From NCBI RefSeq assembly GCF_006345805.1, contig NC_043011.1, positions 20,968,464 through 21,032,463 of the forward strand: DNA of 64,000 nucleotides. The letters are read 5' to 3'. The notes under the pieces were generated by a model. The model was not told the DNA's origin and searched no databases. It was given only the letters and a program-made list of their open reading frames with translations. Below, in pieces: positions 1 through 14,052 of this stretch; positions within the stretch are counted from its first letter, which is position 1; every line of letters starts with the position of its first letter. The stretch comes from Octopus sinensis. Taxonomy: Eukaryota. The position numbers were made by a program, and so were the translations under genes.

Positions 1-1970
1 GCTTAATGGGTGATATGCATGCTGGATAAAAAAGAAACAGCATAAGATTTTGGTAGAATTTACCTGTTGTGGAGGTAGTTTTTAAAGAAATATCTAGTTA
101 GGTCAGACATGGATAAAAAAAAAAAAAAAAAAAAAAACAGAGGCTTCTAAATGAAAAGTCACAAGATTGAGGCATATTTGAAAGGCATCAACATTTAGGA
201 AGATACAGTCTAAAGAGGGCTCTTATTCTAGGTTGAGAGTTTTTCAAAGAAGATCCATCTATCGTAGTTCTTCCTCAAGTGGCCACAACCGAAAGGCAAT
301 TTTACTATGCCAAGTTGAATGGTCTTCATCCTCTATTATGGTGCGAAAGTCTGCAAAATATAATATCTGACAGGATCTGGTGTTTAGCACAATAGCAGTG
401 GCCAGCAAAGATACCCATAAGTCGACTCTTAGGCCTAGGGATTACACCATGTTTTGAACCCTTATGAGAAACCTGAAACAGTTAATATCATAGAATAATT
501 TTGAATTAAATCTGATATCATCATCATGATCGTTTAACGTCTGCCTTCCATGCTGGCATGGGTGGGATGGTTTGACAGGAACTGGCCAGGCAGAAGCCTG
601 CACCAGACTTTTGTACCTGTTTTGGGATGATTTTTACAACTGGATGCCCTTCGTAACACCAAACACTCAGAAGAGTGGACTTTTATGTGGTACAAGCACA
701 GGCCAGGTCAGTTTTGGCAAGGTTTTTACAGCTAGATGCCCTTCCTAACACCAACACTTTACAATGTGGACTAGATGCTTTTTAAGTGGCACCTGCACTG
801 AAAGGGTCACCAAGTAACCTGCAAGACAAAAACCTTCCATATGGTAACGGATTTTGAATACAAACATTGTAGATCTAATGTGAGATGGTACACAAGATCA
901 GGGCTTCTCAACCATTTTTTATCTATGGATCCTTTTGATTACTATTCTATTCTGGTGGGCCCCCACAGCTATTCAATGTTTAAAAACTAGCTTTATGGAT
1001 ACTTTTTTCAAAATTCCTATTCCATTTTCCACACACTGTTTAGGTTGAACCATGTAAAATGTTAGAGAAAGAAACCTAACTGTTCATTGCAATACATACC
1101 AATATATCTAAAGCAGAAGTTTTTCATAGACCCTTAAAATACTATTGTGGATCCCCAGTTTACTATTTTGTTGCATGAACCCCATCAAAATTCTTATATG
1201 GATTCTCAGAGACCATTTGGATGTTGGCCGTTTTTGAATTTTCCCCAACAAGCCAAACATCCTACTGCAAACCAAGTGAGCAGCTATACAGTCAAACAAC
1301 ATGCAAGGCAAGCAGCCAAAATATCTCTCAAGTTACTTCCTACTGCTTTAAAAAAGGGATAATCTAGTCATAGGACAAGATTGCTCATGAATGAAAAACC
1401 TTGGATCATGGATCAACCTAGTCATAGTTGACCTGAGGTTCAACAATAACATTCTGAAGATGTCAGCATCTGAACAACCACCAAACTTTTCAGATAGACC
1501 AACCACAATAGTAAATGGAGTTTATGAGACAACCTCAAAGATTTCATTGCCAAAAACCAATTCCCTAAGGAGCAGCACTTTTTGTATTAGATTATGGGCT
1601 GGTTTCAGCTTACTTTTCACACCAGCATCTGTTTTTGACCCCTGTATCTATTGTTGAAGATGTTTATAAGATGCAGGAGTTTATAGTAGGTTTATTTAGT
1701 TGCCATTAATATTTAAGTGAAGTCAAGTGGTTGAAGATGTTAGGTAAGTGGGGTTTGCTCCCTTTAGTGGATTCAAAACAGAAGAGACATTGAAAACAAC
1801 TGAGATCTGAAGCATCTCAAAATGCATTTTGAACTGGTTACAAGATTAAGGAGAAATCACACACAAACACATGATTTAACTATTTAGCATATAGATTACT
1901 CTGTCAAATGCAATCCTTACTGATTCACATTGTTTTGAATTAATCTTGTAGCTTTGAGATTTTGAAGATA

Positions 1971-2542
1971 TCTCTTTTACACGTTTCAGTCATTTGGCTG
2001 TGGCCATGCTGGAGCACCGCATTTAGTCGAGCAAATCGACCCCAGGACTTATTCTTTGTAAGCCTAGTACTTGTTCTATTGGTCTCTTTTGCCAAACCGC
2101 TAAGTTACGGGGACGTAAACACACCAGCATCAGTTGTCAAGCGATGTTGGGGAGACAAACACAGTTACACAAACTATACACACACACACATATATATATA
2201 TCATCATCATCATCATCATCATTTAACGTCCGCTTTCCATGCTAGCATGGGTTGGACGGTTCAACTGGGGTCTGGGGAGCCCGAAAGCTGCACCAGTCCA
2301 GTCAGATCTGGCAGTGTTTCTACAGCTGGATGCCCTTCCTAACGCCAATATATATATATATATATATATAAATATATATGACGGGCTTCTTTCAGTTTCC
2401 GTCTACCAAATCCACTCACAAGGCTTTGGTCAGCCCGAGGCTATAGTAGAAGACACTTGCCCAAGGTGCCATGCAGTGGGACTGAACCTGGAACCATGTG
2501 GTTGGTAAGCAAGCTACTTACCACACAGCCACTTCTGCGCCT
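1971..2542 (-). mobile_element. SINE-A (tRNA-like head, internal (TA/CA)n), carrying a nested SINE-D fragment at 2201-2347
   Basis: Reverse complement of the head aggcgcaggagtggctgtgtggtaag...ggttcagtccc (A/B-box-like), then ccttgggcaag, and tail ...ctgaaacaagtaaaaga. More than 12 copies in the window. Confidence 0.9.
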
Positions 2543-3158
2543 ATGATTGATTATTTTTAGAATGACAATGTAGGGTAGGTGTGAGAGGCTGGATCTGACC
2601 TGTTTCAACATAAAACAGGTAGAATATTTGGGCCGGATATGGCCAGTTTAAATGCAAAAGGGTCAACCTCTATGTAGTGCAAGTCTTCTACACAGAAAAT
2701 AAGATTAATGTAAGAAGACAAAACGGCAGCAAGCTGACAAAATCATTAGCATGCCAAGCAAAATGCTTCATAGCATTACATCCGTCTTTGCATTCTGAGT
2801 TCAAATGTCACCAAGGTCAACTTTGCCTTTCATCCTTTCAGGGTCGATAAAATAAGTAGCAGTAGAGCACTGGGGCCGAATGTAATTAACTTAGCCCGCT
2901 CCTGAAATTACTGGCCTTGTGCCAAAAATTTGAAACCAATATAAGAAGACAAACATAAGTTGCAACATCACCTGCAGGAATCAAAAAACATATCTGCAAC
3001 AAACTGTGTGGGCATCATGCTAACAACATATCTACTATAAGTGAACAAACAGGACCTTAACTCCAGATGCATAACCCTATTTATACCTTACAGATAACAA
3101 AGCATGAATCAAATACTAAACACTTACAAAATAAAATGAAAATAACATATGTGTGTGT

Positions 3159-3463
3159 GGAGGCGCAATGGCCCAGTGGTTAGGGCAGCGGACTCGCGGT
3201 CGGAGGATCGTGGTATCGATTCCCAGAATGGGCGTTGTGTGTGTTTATTGAGCGAAAACACCTAAAGCTCCACGAGGCTCCGGCAGGGGGGTGGGGGGTG
3301 GCGAGCCCTGTTGTACTCTTTCGCCCCAACATTCTCTCACTCTCTCTTCCTGTTTCTTGAGTAATGCTGTGATGGACTGGCGTCCCATCCAGTTGGCGGG
3401 GACACACACATACACCACAGAAACCGGGCCCATGAGCCTGGCTAGGCTTGAAAAGGGCGAGAA
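3159..3463 (+). mobile_element. SINE-B (tRNA-like head)
   Basis: Head ggaggcgcaatggcccagtggttagggcagcggactcg...ggtatcgattccc with A/B-box-like motifs; related copies at 10707-11008 and 35328-35716. Confidence 0.85.
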
Positions 3464-3492
3464 AGAAAATATATATATATATATATATATAT

Positions 3493-3753
3493 ATCAATTA
3501 TAACCATGAAGACACTGTACCAGCATGGACTCAATCCAATATTAACTGGGGCACGTAAAAAGCATCTATTATACTCTTTGAGTGGTTGGCATTAGGAAGA
3601 GCACCCAGCCATAGAAACCATGACAAATCAGATTGGAACCAAGTGCAGCTCTCCAGCTTACCAATTTTATTCAAATGCTGGCATGGAAAGCAGATGCTAA
3701 TTGATGATGGTGATGATGTTGGTGAATATTACAAACATTATAATCTAAAGAAA

Positions 3754-3838
<85 letters not shown>

Positions 3839-4329
3839 TACATACACAAGAGTAATGTGTTTTATAGTCTGTCTGTGAGAAATACATCTACCTTAGATGC
3901 AAATTTGCGTGGATGTTTTAGGCTCCCCTCTACATACATATGTTTGTGCATATTATGTCAGTGTGTGTGTGCATTGTGATAGGATGAACTGGCAGTTTAC
4001 GAGTGATGTAATGGCCAGGAAGCTTGATAAAAAATGTATGAGATGCATCACACAATTCTGAATATAGCTTTCTTTAGATTATAATGTTCATAATATTCAC
4101 CAACATCATCACCATCATCAATTAGCATCTGCTTTCCATGCCAGCATTTGAATAAAATTGGTAAGCTGGAGAGCTGCACTTGGTTCCAATCTGATTTGTC
4201 ATGGTTTCTATGGCTGGGTGCTCTTCCTAATGCCAACCACTCAAAGAGTATAATAGATGCTTTTTATGTGCCCCAGTTAATGTTGGATTGAGTCCATACT
4301 GGTACAGTGTCTTCATGGTTATAATTGAT
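3493..4329. repeat. Near-perfect ~260 bp inverted duplication (arms 3493-3754 and 4068-4329)
   Basis: The arms are reverse complements with only a few mismatches; the ORF track shows nearly identical peptides on + (3586) and - (4236). Confidence 0.95.
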
Positions 4330-4670
4330 TATTTCTAGTACCTATTTTATCAACCTCTGTAGGATAAAAAACTACATCAAGACAGGAAGGTGAACTCAGA
4401 ACACAAAATGAAATCAAATACATGATTTTTGTCATACTCTTTACCAATTCTGGTTTAATGGATATTACTTATGTTAAAAAATTTCATATTCCATATCATC
4501 GTTGTATTTACATTCCCCACTCACTTTTTTTTTACCATGGAGGTAGGGTTGGATAAAATCTTGAGTCAGTATTTTACAAACAGATTCCTTTCATGATAGT
4601 AACTTTTACTTGTTTTTCAGGTACTGTAGTTTTCATCTTTGCATATCAAAATCACCAATTTGTTAGACCT

Positions 4671-4702
<32 letters not shown>

Positions 4703-5314
4703 CATAAACATCGTTACTGCTGTGCAAGCCATGTCAATGCAAAAATACATGTAGACACACAAACACACATTAATGGCAAGTATCCATACAGTTTCCATCA
4801 ACCAAATTTCACTAACAAGGAATTAGTGAACCTAGTGCCTATATTAAGACACCTACCAAAGTACAACACAATGGGAATGGATCCAAAAAACACAAAGTTG
4901 CAAATGAACTTCTGAACAACACAGGTATGATTGCATCTTAAATGTATACAAGTAACTACATGCCTACAGTCTGTGAGATATATCTACCATCCAATCCATG
5001 CCAGCATGGAAAACAGTGGTTAACTGACAATGATGATGATTATTATTATATATATATATATATATATATATAGAATAAAATGAATGTTAGGATGTGCACA
5101 AAAAATGTATTAGCTTGACACTTGGTAAAAGGAGAGAGTTAGACGTTTCGAGCCTAGCTCTTCATCGGAAAGGAGAACGGAAAAGTCCAAAGAAGGAAAA
5201 GAAATCACCAACAGCACACGTGTAGTTACATTGTAGTTACACACACATACACACACATTCATATATGTATGCATATATTTCGCTTAGGCATTGTAAGACT
5301 AATAACTTTTTTAA

Positions 5315-5660
5315 TTCAATTTTTATTGGCTCAAAAAGCAAAAGCAAGGCCATGTAGGGGGACAGGGAGTTATGTACAGGGAGGGTGGTCATACAAAGAG
5401 TTCAGGCCATTTCTGGTCAAGAGAGACTTTGAATCGAGCAGTTGTTGGCATCTTCACTATCTCGTCCAGCAGCTTATTCCATGGATCCGCAACCCAGACG
5501 GAGAAAGCCCCTCTCCTTCGATTGAAATGAAATCGTCATAATAGATAGAGCTTTTCAGAGTGACCCCGCAGCCCACACTCTGGAGCAGGAGTGAAGAACA
5601 GCTCTTTCGAGAGGTTACACTTTCCACTTATGATGTTGTGAGCGAGAATGATGTATAACT
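5315..5660 (-). mobile_element. CR1-clade LINE 3' fragment
   Basis: Minus strand reads ILAHNIISGKCNLSKELFFTPAPECGLRGHSEKLYL...RRRGAFSVWVADPWNKL...RFKVSLD, matching the 'LRGH..KL...FS.RV...WN.LP...FK..LD' C-terminus of CR1 ORF2. Confidence 0.8.
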
Positions 5661-6334
5661 TGACGTATAACCCAATAAACATATGCTTCAGAACAAAGTG
5701 TTAGATGAGTATAGAGTGGTAATAGGACAACAAAGTGCTACTCAAGCACTCAGCTGGTTCCACTGCATCATGAGCATTATCAACGTAATTAACAATTAAT
5801 TACATATGAAAATGAAAAACCTAACAGATTTAATTCTCTGTGTGCTTATCTCCACTGTTTGCCAAACTCCCACAATCACACACATTTGCAAGCCAACGAA
5901 GAAATGTCAATATGGTTACTTGACCTGCCAGAAATAGCAACTAAACCTTCCTGAAGTTACACTGTGCCATCCTAAAGAAAGAAAAAGTAAGGCCTCACAG
6001 GAAAATGTAAATTGAAGTTATATGGCAGCAAAACAGAAAAAATACAAAATGGTCACTGTTGGAATTTTTTTTTTTTTTCATAGAACTCGTAGATCAGAGC
6101 TGATCTCACCTAACAACTATATACATTCGTAACATTTCGCTGATATCCATAACATTAGCCATCACTGCCTTAAACAGTCTCCCTCAACAGATATCATCCT
6201 CAACCATCCCAGTAGGTAGGTACATAGGTATGCAGGTGCCACTTGTGTAAGGGTGTTGGCTGAAAGAATTTTTTCTCTAAGCATATCCACCTCATATTTG
6301 GAATTGTGTCTAAGGAACTTAACAACAGAATGTA

Positions 6335-6369
<35 letters not shown>

Positions 6370-6418
6370 CTTACAAGATGCTAGTCAGTAACTATCGCTT
6401 CATATATATATACATTAA

Positions 6419-6634
6419 TGAGAGGGTGTTGAAAAGTTCCTGGCTTTGAGTAAAAGAAAATACAGGAGGATCAGTTAATTATGATTTTATTCAACACTTC
6501 CATTCTCAGATTCACACACTTATTGCAGCAGTCCTTCAGTTTTTCTAAGCCCTGTAAAAGAACTAAAAAGGTTGGGCCTCCAACCAAGCTTTTCACAATG
6601 GCCTTAAAGCCAGGAACTTTTCAGCACCCCCTCA
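6419..6634. mobile_element. Mariner-type MITE
   Basis: ~30 bp TIRs: tgagagggtgttgaaaagttcctggcttt / aaagccaggaacttttcagcaccccctca. Confidence 0.8.
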
Positions 6635-6980
6635 CATATAAAGAGAATAGGGTTTGTCTTATTGCTACTCCATACACTAAAGAAAAAAACTATAATAATA
6701 CAGTATTACCTGTTCAAAAGAATACATATGTGCATATGTGTGCATGTATCCTCATTGTCATTTTACAGTTGCACTTCCATACACACACACACACAGAGGT
6801 AGATATGCATTAAATGAAAACAAACACTCCATAGAATATGGAGGTTTAATATATGTAACAACTCTGATTCCAATTAGACATTGATTTACAGGTATAAAAC
6901 TACAGGTAATGTAAGAGTTAAGCTGTTAATAGCTACACACACATACACACTTCGGAGCAAGGATTTTTTCTTGAGTAAAC

Positions 6981-7038
<58 letters not shown>

Positions 7039-7174
7039 CTGTAAATGTAATATGTGACAATTATTCGGCTACCGAATAACTGTCACATATTACATTTACA
7101 GATAAATTCCTCTATTTACATAATATCAAGGTCTCTTTCATTCTTTTGTTGTCTTACCATTTCTATCAAAATGT

Positions 7175-7366
7175 GACCTCATGTGTACCGTTGGCGATTT
7201 TTTTTCCTCTGTCTTCCCTTCTCTGGATCTTTCCTTCTATGTTTCCGATGAAGAGCTCCGCTCGAAATGTTAAACCCTCCTTCTTTCCTGAGCGTCCAAT
7301 AATACTATATTTGTTCCACATCCTCGCGTTGTTGTGTTTTTTTGTGCTTTCTTGTTTGAATTAACT
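7175..7366 (+). mobile_element. Penelope pseudo-LTR-like repeat with a hammerhead-like motif
   Basis: ccgatgaagagctccgctcgaaa at 7245-7267. A reverse-complement relative lies at 22455-22625 and a more distant one at ~5072-5235. Confidence 0.55.
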
Positions 7367-7382
7367 ATATATATATATATAT

Positions 7383-7597
7383 ACTCTCTTTTACGTTTTA
7401 CTCTTTTGTTTCAGTCATTTTACTGTGGCCATGCTGGAGCACCGCCTTTAGTCGAGCAAATCGACCCCAGGACTTATTCTTTGTAGGCCTAGTACTTATT
7501 CTATCGGTCTCTTATGCCGAACCGCTAAGTTACGGGGACGTAAACACACCAGCATCGGTTGTAAAACGATGTTGTGGGGACAAACACAGACACACAA

Positions 7598-7645
<48 letters not shown>

Positions 7646-7808
7646 GACGGGCTTCTTTCAGTTTCCGTCAACCAAATCCATTCAAAAAGGCTTTGGTCAG
7701 CCCGAGGCTATAGTAGAAGACACTTGCCAAGGTGCAACGCAGTGGGACTGAACCCGGAACCATGTGGTTGGTAAGCAAGCTACTTACCACACAGCCACTC
7801 CTGCCCCT
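7383..7808 (-). mobile_element. SINE-A, full length
   Basis: Collinear and near-identical to the other copies. Confidence 0.9.
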
Positions 7809-8469
7809 ATATATATATATATATATATATTTGTAAGTAATGATACACAGCTGTATATATTTTATTTATAAGTGTGTAGTCAACAGTCCAACCCATGTAT
7901 ATATGTGTATGCATGTCGGCTAATGTTTACATTCTCTGTGCTTTGCATGAAAAAAACCACTGCTGTACTACCAAGTTGAGAAGTTTTTTTGTCATTTCAT
8001 TATTTCACTATCAACAAATTGTGTGCTGGCTCTGTGTTTTTGCTAACATGCAGAATAAGAGATCCCTTGAGAAACAAGGGTAAGCTACAGGAAAGGCATC
8101 CAGCTGTAAAACAATGCCTTGATAATATATATTTATCTGATTGATGCTGGTAACAAAAACAGACATAAAAAAAAAACAAATGATACATATATATATATAC
8201 ATATACAAACACACACACAGAAAGAGAAAAAGTATGATATATGTGTGTGTGTATATATATATATGTATAACCTGTGCAGGTGGCACGTAAAAAACACCCA
8301 CTACACTCGCGGAGTGGTTGGCGTTGGGAAGGGCATCCAGCTGTAGAAACACTGCCAGACTAGACTGGAGCCTGGGGCAGTCCCTAGCTCCCCAGACCCC
8401 GGTCGAAACCGTCCAACCCGTGCTAGCGCGGAAAACGGACGTTAAACGATGATGATGATGATGATGATA

Positions 8470-8501
<32 letters not shown>

Positions 8502-9274
8502 CATATATATATATATAGCATATCTGGCCTTGACATTTATTTTATTCATATGGTGATGTTTCCTTTTTAAGATAGCAGGAAGTATAATTTGGCGGTAATT
8601 TAGCCAATTATATCTAAATTGAGCAGATTTGGCATGAAAGTATTCCATTCATCTCTGTATTTATTAGGGAGGACTACATTCACTAATATATCCTTCCATT
8701 TTTAAGGTTGAAGGATGTGATTTGTAGGAGTTCTGGCTGCTACATTTAACAGGCCAATTTACTGTACAGAGGCTCCCTGAGTAGCTCTGATTGACTGGAC
8801 TTGTGATAAAATGCATTCAAACCATGACCATCCTGCCTTGTTATCCAATGTTCTTTAATTTCTAAAATCATAGAGCATGTGATCAAAATCTGATTTGGTT
8901 GCTATTTCTAGAGTTTCAAGCAGCCATACAGAGATGTAACAGAGGTACTTCTAGGCGCAATAGTTTAGCCCAAGGTTAGATGTGATCAGACAGAAGTTAT
9001 GGTAAAAAGAGTTCCAGTGAGCACCAGATTTTTGCTGTAATCCTTTAGTGTTCAGATTGTTCTATCAAACGTAATGCTTATTTATTTAGAATTAATCATA
9101 CATTCTCTTGTAGCTTCAAGATTTCAATGCTACTCATGCCGGTGTTATGTAAAAAGCACCCAGCATACTCTATGAAGTGGTTGGTGTTAGGAAGGGCATC
9201 CAGCCATAGAAACCATGCCATAACAGATAATTGGAGTCTGGGCAGCTCCCATCTAACCAGCTCAATGTCAAACC

Positions 9275-9506
9275 TATTTCTTTACTACCCACAAGGGGCT
9301 AAACAAAGAGAAGACAAACATGGACAGACAAACGGATTAAGTCGATTATATCGACCCCAGTGCGTAACTGGTACTTATTTAATCGACCCCGAAAGGATGA
9401 AAGGCAAAGTCGTCCTCAGCGGAATTTGAACTCAGAACGTAACGGCAGACGAAATACAGCTATGCATTTCACCCGGCGTGCTAACGTTTCTGCCAGCTCG
9501 CCGCCT
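9275..9506 (-). mobile_element. SINE-C, full length, nested in SINE-D
   Basis: Head ggcggcgagctggcagaaacgttag...gagttcaaattcc; core gactttgcctttcatcctttcggggtcgat; 13 bp TSD tcaatgtcaaacc (9262-9274 / 9511-9523). Confidence 0.9.
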
Positions 9507-10317
9507 TTTGTCAATGTCAAACCATCCAACCCATGCCAGCATGGAAAGCAGACACTAAACGATGATGGAAATGATGTTTGTGTATTTTTAGAATGACTTA
9601 GTAGAGGTTGTGTGAGAGGTGTGAGAGGTAGGGTCTGGTCAGTTTTAACATAAAAAAAGTTGAATGTTTGGGCTGGAATGAATGAAACAAGTAAAAGATA
9701 AAGCAAATCCCAGCTGCTACAAAACATCATGATCTTGCATCAGTTTTGTCTGGCAGGATATTTTGCATCTGCCAGCCACATGGCAAGCAAAGATTACAAT
9801 GATGTAGATACTGGATGATGGAAAAAATAAGAAAAAGGTCAGCTTAAGAACTCGGGGAACTGAACATTCTAGGACACACCTGAAATTCACAAGGACTAAT
9901 TATTCAGAGCAAAGAGAACTGCAATAAGTACTGGAGAATTGCTGCTTATGAATGTGACAATACAAGAAGACTTAAGTAAAAAGTAAGAGGCCACATCAGG
10001 TTCCATAGTCTGTTTTGGTTTGGTTTCTATGGTTGGAAGCCCTTCCTAACACCAACCACTTTACAGAGTGTACTTGGTGCTTTTTACATGGTACCATCAC
10101 CAATGCTTTTTATGTGGCACCAGCACCAGTGCATTTTATGTGACACCATCATCAGTGCTTTTTACATGGCACCAGCATCCACACCAATCCTTTTTACATG
10201 GCACCTTGGGTTTAGGATCTCAATTCTGTTGTGGTGGGTGGGTCTTCTTGAGTACAGCAACACACCACATATCTCGGTCCTCTGTCATCTCCATCGTAAG
10301 TCTGATATCTTTTATCT

Positions 10318-10685
10318 TTTACTTGTTTCAGTCATTGGGCTGCAGCAATGCAGAGACGCTGTCTTGAAGGGTTTAATTGTACAAATCAACCCCAGTACTT
10401 ATTTTTAAGCCTAATCTAGTACTTATTCTATCAGTCACTTTTGCCAAACCTCTAAACTACGGGGATGTAAACGATCCAATATCAGTTGTTAAACAGTGCA
10501 AAGGTGACAAACAAACATACAAATACATATGATGGGCCTTCTACACATTTTTGTTCATTAAATTCACAAACCACTGATCAACCTGAGGCTTTAGTAGGAG
10601 ACATATAACCACATAGTGGGACTGAACCCGAAACCACCTGGTTGCAAAACAAGCTTCTTTATAACACAGCCAAATGTGCACCTGT
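10318..10685 (-). mobile_element. SINE-A, diverged
   Basis: Collinear with the family but with many substitutions. Confidence 0.75.
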
Positions 10686-10706
10686 AATTTCATGATTACA
10701 ATAGAA

Positions 10707-11008
10707 TTGTTTGTTCCTTCTCGAGCCATGCCTGGCTCATTAGGGCCGGTTTTCCGGTTTCTTGGCGTATAGGTTCTCCACCTGGATGGAACGCCGGTCC
10801 GTTGCAGGTGAGCTGCAAGATGCAGGAGGATAGAGTGAGAGAAAGTTGTGGCAAAAGAGTCAGCAGAAGTTCGCCATTACCTTCTGCCAGAGCCACATGG
10901 AGCTTAGGTGTTTTCGCTCATAAACACACACATCACCCGGTCTGAGATTGAACCCGCGATCCCTCGACCGCGAGTCCACTGCTCTAACCACTAGGCCATG
11001 TGCCTCCA
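10707..11008 (-). mobile_element. SINE-B
   Basis: Reverse-complement match to 3159-3463. Confidence 0.85.
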
Positions 11009-11650
11009 CAACAATGGAATTGATATTTATTAATTACTGTTGTTAATCCATCACTGTTTTCTTGCTTTCTGTTGAGAAGTTTTTCACTTTGGTTTCATAA
11101 AATAATAAGAGACTAGAAATGAATTCAAGTGGAATAACAGATTTTGCTATTATATGAATACTTAATTTGAAGACAGAAATAGTGTTAGTAATTAAGCTAG
11201 ACTTCTGAACAAAGGGAATTTTAAGACAGTCACCCTCTACTGGTGACAGAGTGAGGAAGGTATGTAGTTGTCAAATGTCATTTAATGGATATTACATTTT
11301 AAGTCTCAAAGTCAGAACAGTTACATAATCATAATGGTGTATAACTATGGAAAAAATATACAAGAATTTACTAAAAGAACTAGCACCCAGTACACTTTGT
11401 AGAGTGGTTGGCATCCAGCCATAGAAACCTTGCCAGAACAGACAATGGAGCCTGGTGTGGCCCCAAGCCTTACCAGTTCCAGTTAAACTGTCCAGCCTAC
11501 ACCAGCATGGAAAACGGACATTAAATGATGATGATGATAATAATAATAATAACAAACTAGCTGTTTTCTTTAATTGGCATATTATGCCAATGTTTCCAAC
11601 ATAATTTTGGATTAAGGTTCTTACATAAAATTAAGATGGAAGATTTCGAT

Positions 11651-11834
11651 TTAACCCTTTAACATTTTAAATGGCCATGTTCAGCCTCTCACACCTACCC
11701 TATAATGTCATTCTGAAAATAAACAATCACATCATCAAAATCTCAAAGCTATGCGATAACACACAATTAATTCAAAACAGTGTGGATAAATAAGCATTAC
11801 ATTTGACAGAGTAATCTGAATGATAAAGAGTTAG
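11651..11834. mobile_element. piggyBac-like MITE (uninterrupted copy)
   Basis: ttaa-cccttt ... aaagag-ttag ends. Related copies in the opposite orientation at 1876-2666 and ~9038-9680 are both interrupted by SINEs. Confidence 0.6.
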
Positions 11835-14052
11835 GGTTGGCTAATATGAACACTTAAATACACGCAGTTTTGTAGGTAAATAAAAAAAAAAGTAGTTTTG
11901 TATGAAAGAAAACCCAGAAGCAGTTTCATATACATTGGTATCAAAAGGGTTAGTAATTTGTTTCATAGATAAAGCTGAGCAAGCAAGACTGTCCACCCCA
12001 ACCATCAAATAACAAAGTAACAGTTCTTTTGTACAAAGACACGTAATAGAAAAATTTGTAGGTTAACATAATTAAAGAGCACAGAGTAGATAAAATGAAA
12101 GAAAATAGAAAACAAAAGTAAGAGTCTGTGCAATGAAAATGTGAGAGATAGGTTGTGTACTAGTAAATTAAATATTTAATATATACAAGAGAGACAACTG
12201 TGCTGATATGAAAAGAGATTGGATATATAGGAGTGAAAGAAGCTAATAGGCGTTGAAAATATATAGAAATTTAAATCTCGGAAGATGAAACAGAATGAAC
12301 TTCAGAATGGTAGCTCTAATAGAATGATGACAGAACCAAAAATAGAGAAAAAGCCATAATGCAAATATCAACGGGCATTAAAATGATGAACGACTGTTAG
12401 AGAAAGATTCCATTTGGCTAAAAACTAAACAAAGAAATGAGAATAGTATCTATTTTAGCTGGACAACAACAAAAAAAAAAAAGAAGAGGAATGTATCGTG
12501 TCAAGGGGGACAACAGAATAATTAAAACAAGTCAAGAAAAGCTTCTATGCAGTTAATTAACTAACTAGAAATAGCAGCCAAAATTTCAAAAGAAAGAGCA
12601 ACCCATCATCTTCAAAAACAAATGTGTTCTATATACATTGTTTAAATTTACACAGGATGCTCATATCTGGAATAGCTTTTAGCATAGAACTACTCAGTAT
12701 TGGGGGCAGATCTGGGACAAAAGAAGAATGTAATAGATTAAACACATGTCCATAGAGTCAGTTAATCCAGCTGCCAAGACTCAAAGTGTGTATGTGTGTA
12801 CATATATATGTGTGTGTGTGTTGTGTGTATTATCATCATCATCGTTTAACGTCCGCTTTCCATGCTAGCATGGGTTGGACGATTTTGACTGAGGGCTGGC
12901 GAACCAGATGGCTGCACCAGGCTCCAATCTTGATCTGGCGGAGTTTCTACAGCTGGCTGCCCTTCCTAACACCAACCACTCTGAGAGTGTAGTGGGTGCT
13001 TTTTATGTGCCACCGGCACGGGGGCCAGTCAGGCGGTACTGGCAACAACCTCGCTCGAATTCTTTTACACATGCCCCCAGCACAGGTGCCAGTAAGGTGA
13101 CTTTGGTAACGATCACGCTCGAATGGTGCTCTTTTACGTGCCATATATATTCATTATCATTTAATGTCTAGTTTTTCATGCTGGCATGAGTTGGACAGTT
13201 TGATGGGAGCTGCAGCAGGCTCGATTGTCGGTTTTGGAACAGTTTCTACAGCTGCATGCCCTTCCTAACACCAACCACTTAACATAATAAACTGGGTGTT
13301 TTTCATGTTACACCAATACCAGTGCTTTCTACATGGCACCATCTCTGACAGGGACACTGAGCAGCCTGCAAGAGAATAAAGCGAGAAATCCCTCAACTGG
13401 GAGGTGGGAATAATATTGAAGGTGTGAGGCTTTGTGCCAGTTAAGAGATTAAAGGTATACAGGGACACAAATAGGGGTCTTGCTGTAAAGTAAATACATG
13501 GATACTCCAGTTGGAGAACAAAGGAGAGCGAGATGGAGAGTAAGATGAAGAGTGATAGTAAGAGACTATGGCAAAAGTGTGTCAGGACAAACCCTGGGGG
13601 AAATTGGGGGTGGTGAGAATAGGCGAGGTGATGGAAGTTTAGACTGAGTGAGAGAAATACAAGAGAGGCTCAAGAACGAAGAGGGGAGTCGGCAGTAAAT
13701 ATGAGGACACTGTGAGTGATAGCAGATAAACAAGGTGTTAATGATGGAGAACAACACAGGTGAGAGAAGGTGTAGAAAGGAAATGATTGGTGGAGACAAT
13801 TTGTGGGACGGGGTGGGAGAGAAGATAATGGGAAATGAAAGTGGTTTGGGGTGGAGTAAGAAAGACAACTGAGAAAACCTGGGGTGGGGGTTAGTATGTG
13901 CCTATTCTGTTATCAGGTGAGAGAAGTGATGGGTGTTAGAAGGATGAAATGTGAGGTGGGGGTGAGGAGAAAAATAGATGGGACAGAGAGGATAGGGGTA
14001 TTAACATCATAAAAATTTATAAACTTTGAGAAAATGTTTCTTTTTTTTCTTT

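Noticed and set aside
3159-3235. tRNA-like sequence (also the heads of SINE-A and SINE-C)
   Set aside because: It has A/B-box-like motifs, but I could not form a proper acceptor stem and it runs straight into SINE body sequence.
13500-14000. Purine-rich segment and its 100 aa minus-strand ORF
   Set aside because: Low-complexity G/A-rich sequence with no recognisable protein motif or splice context.
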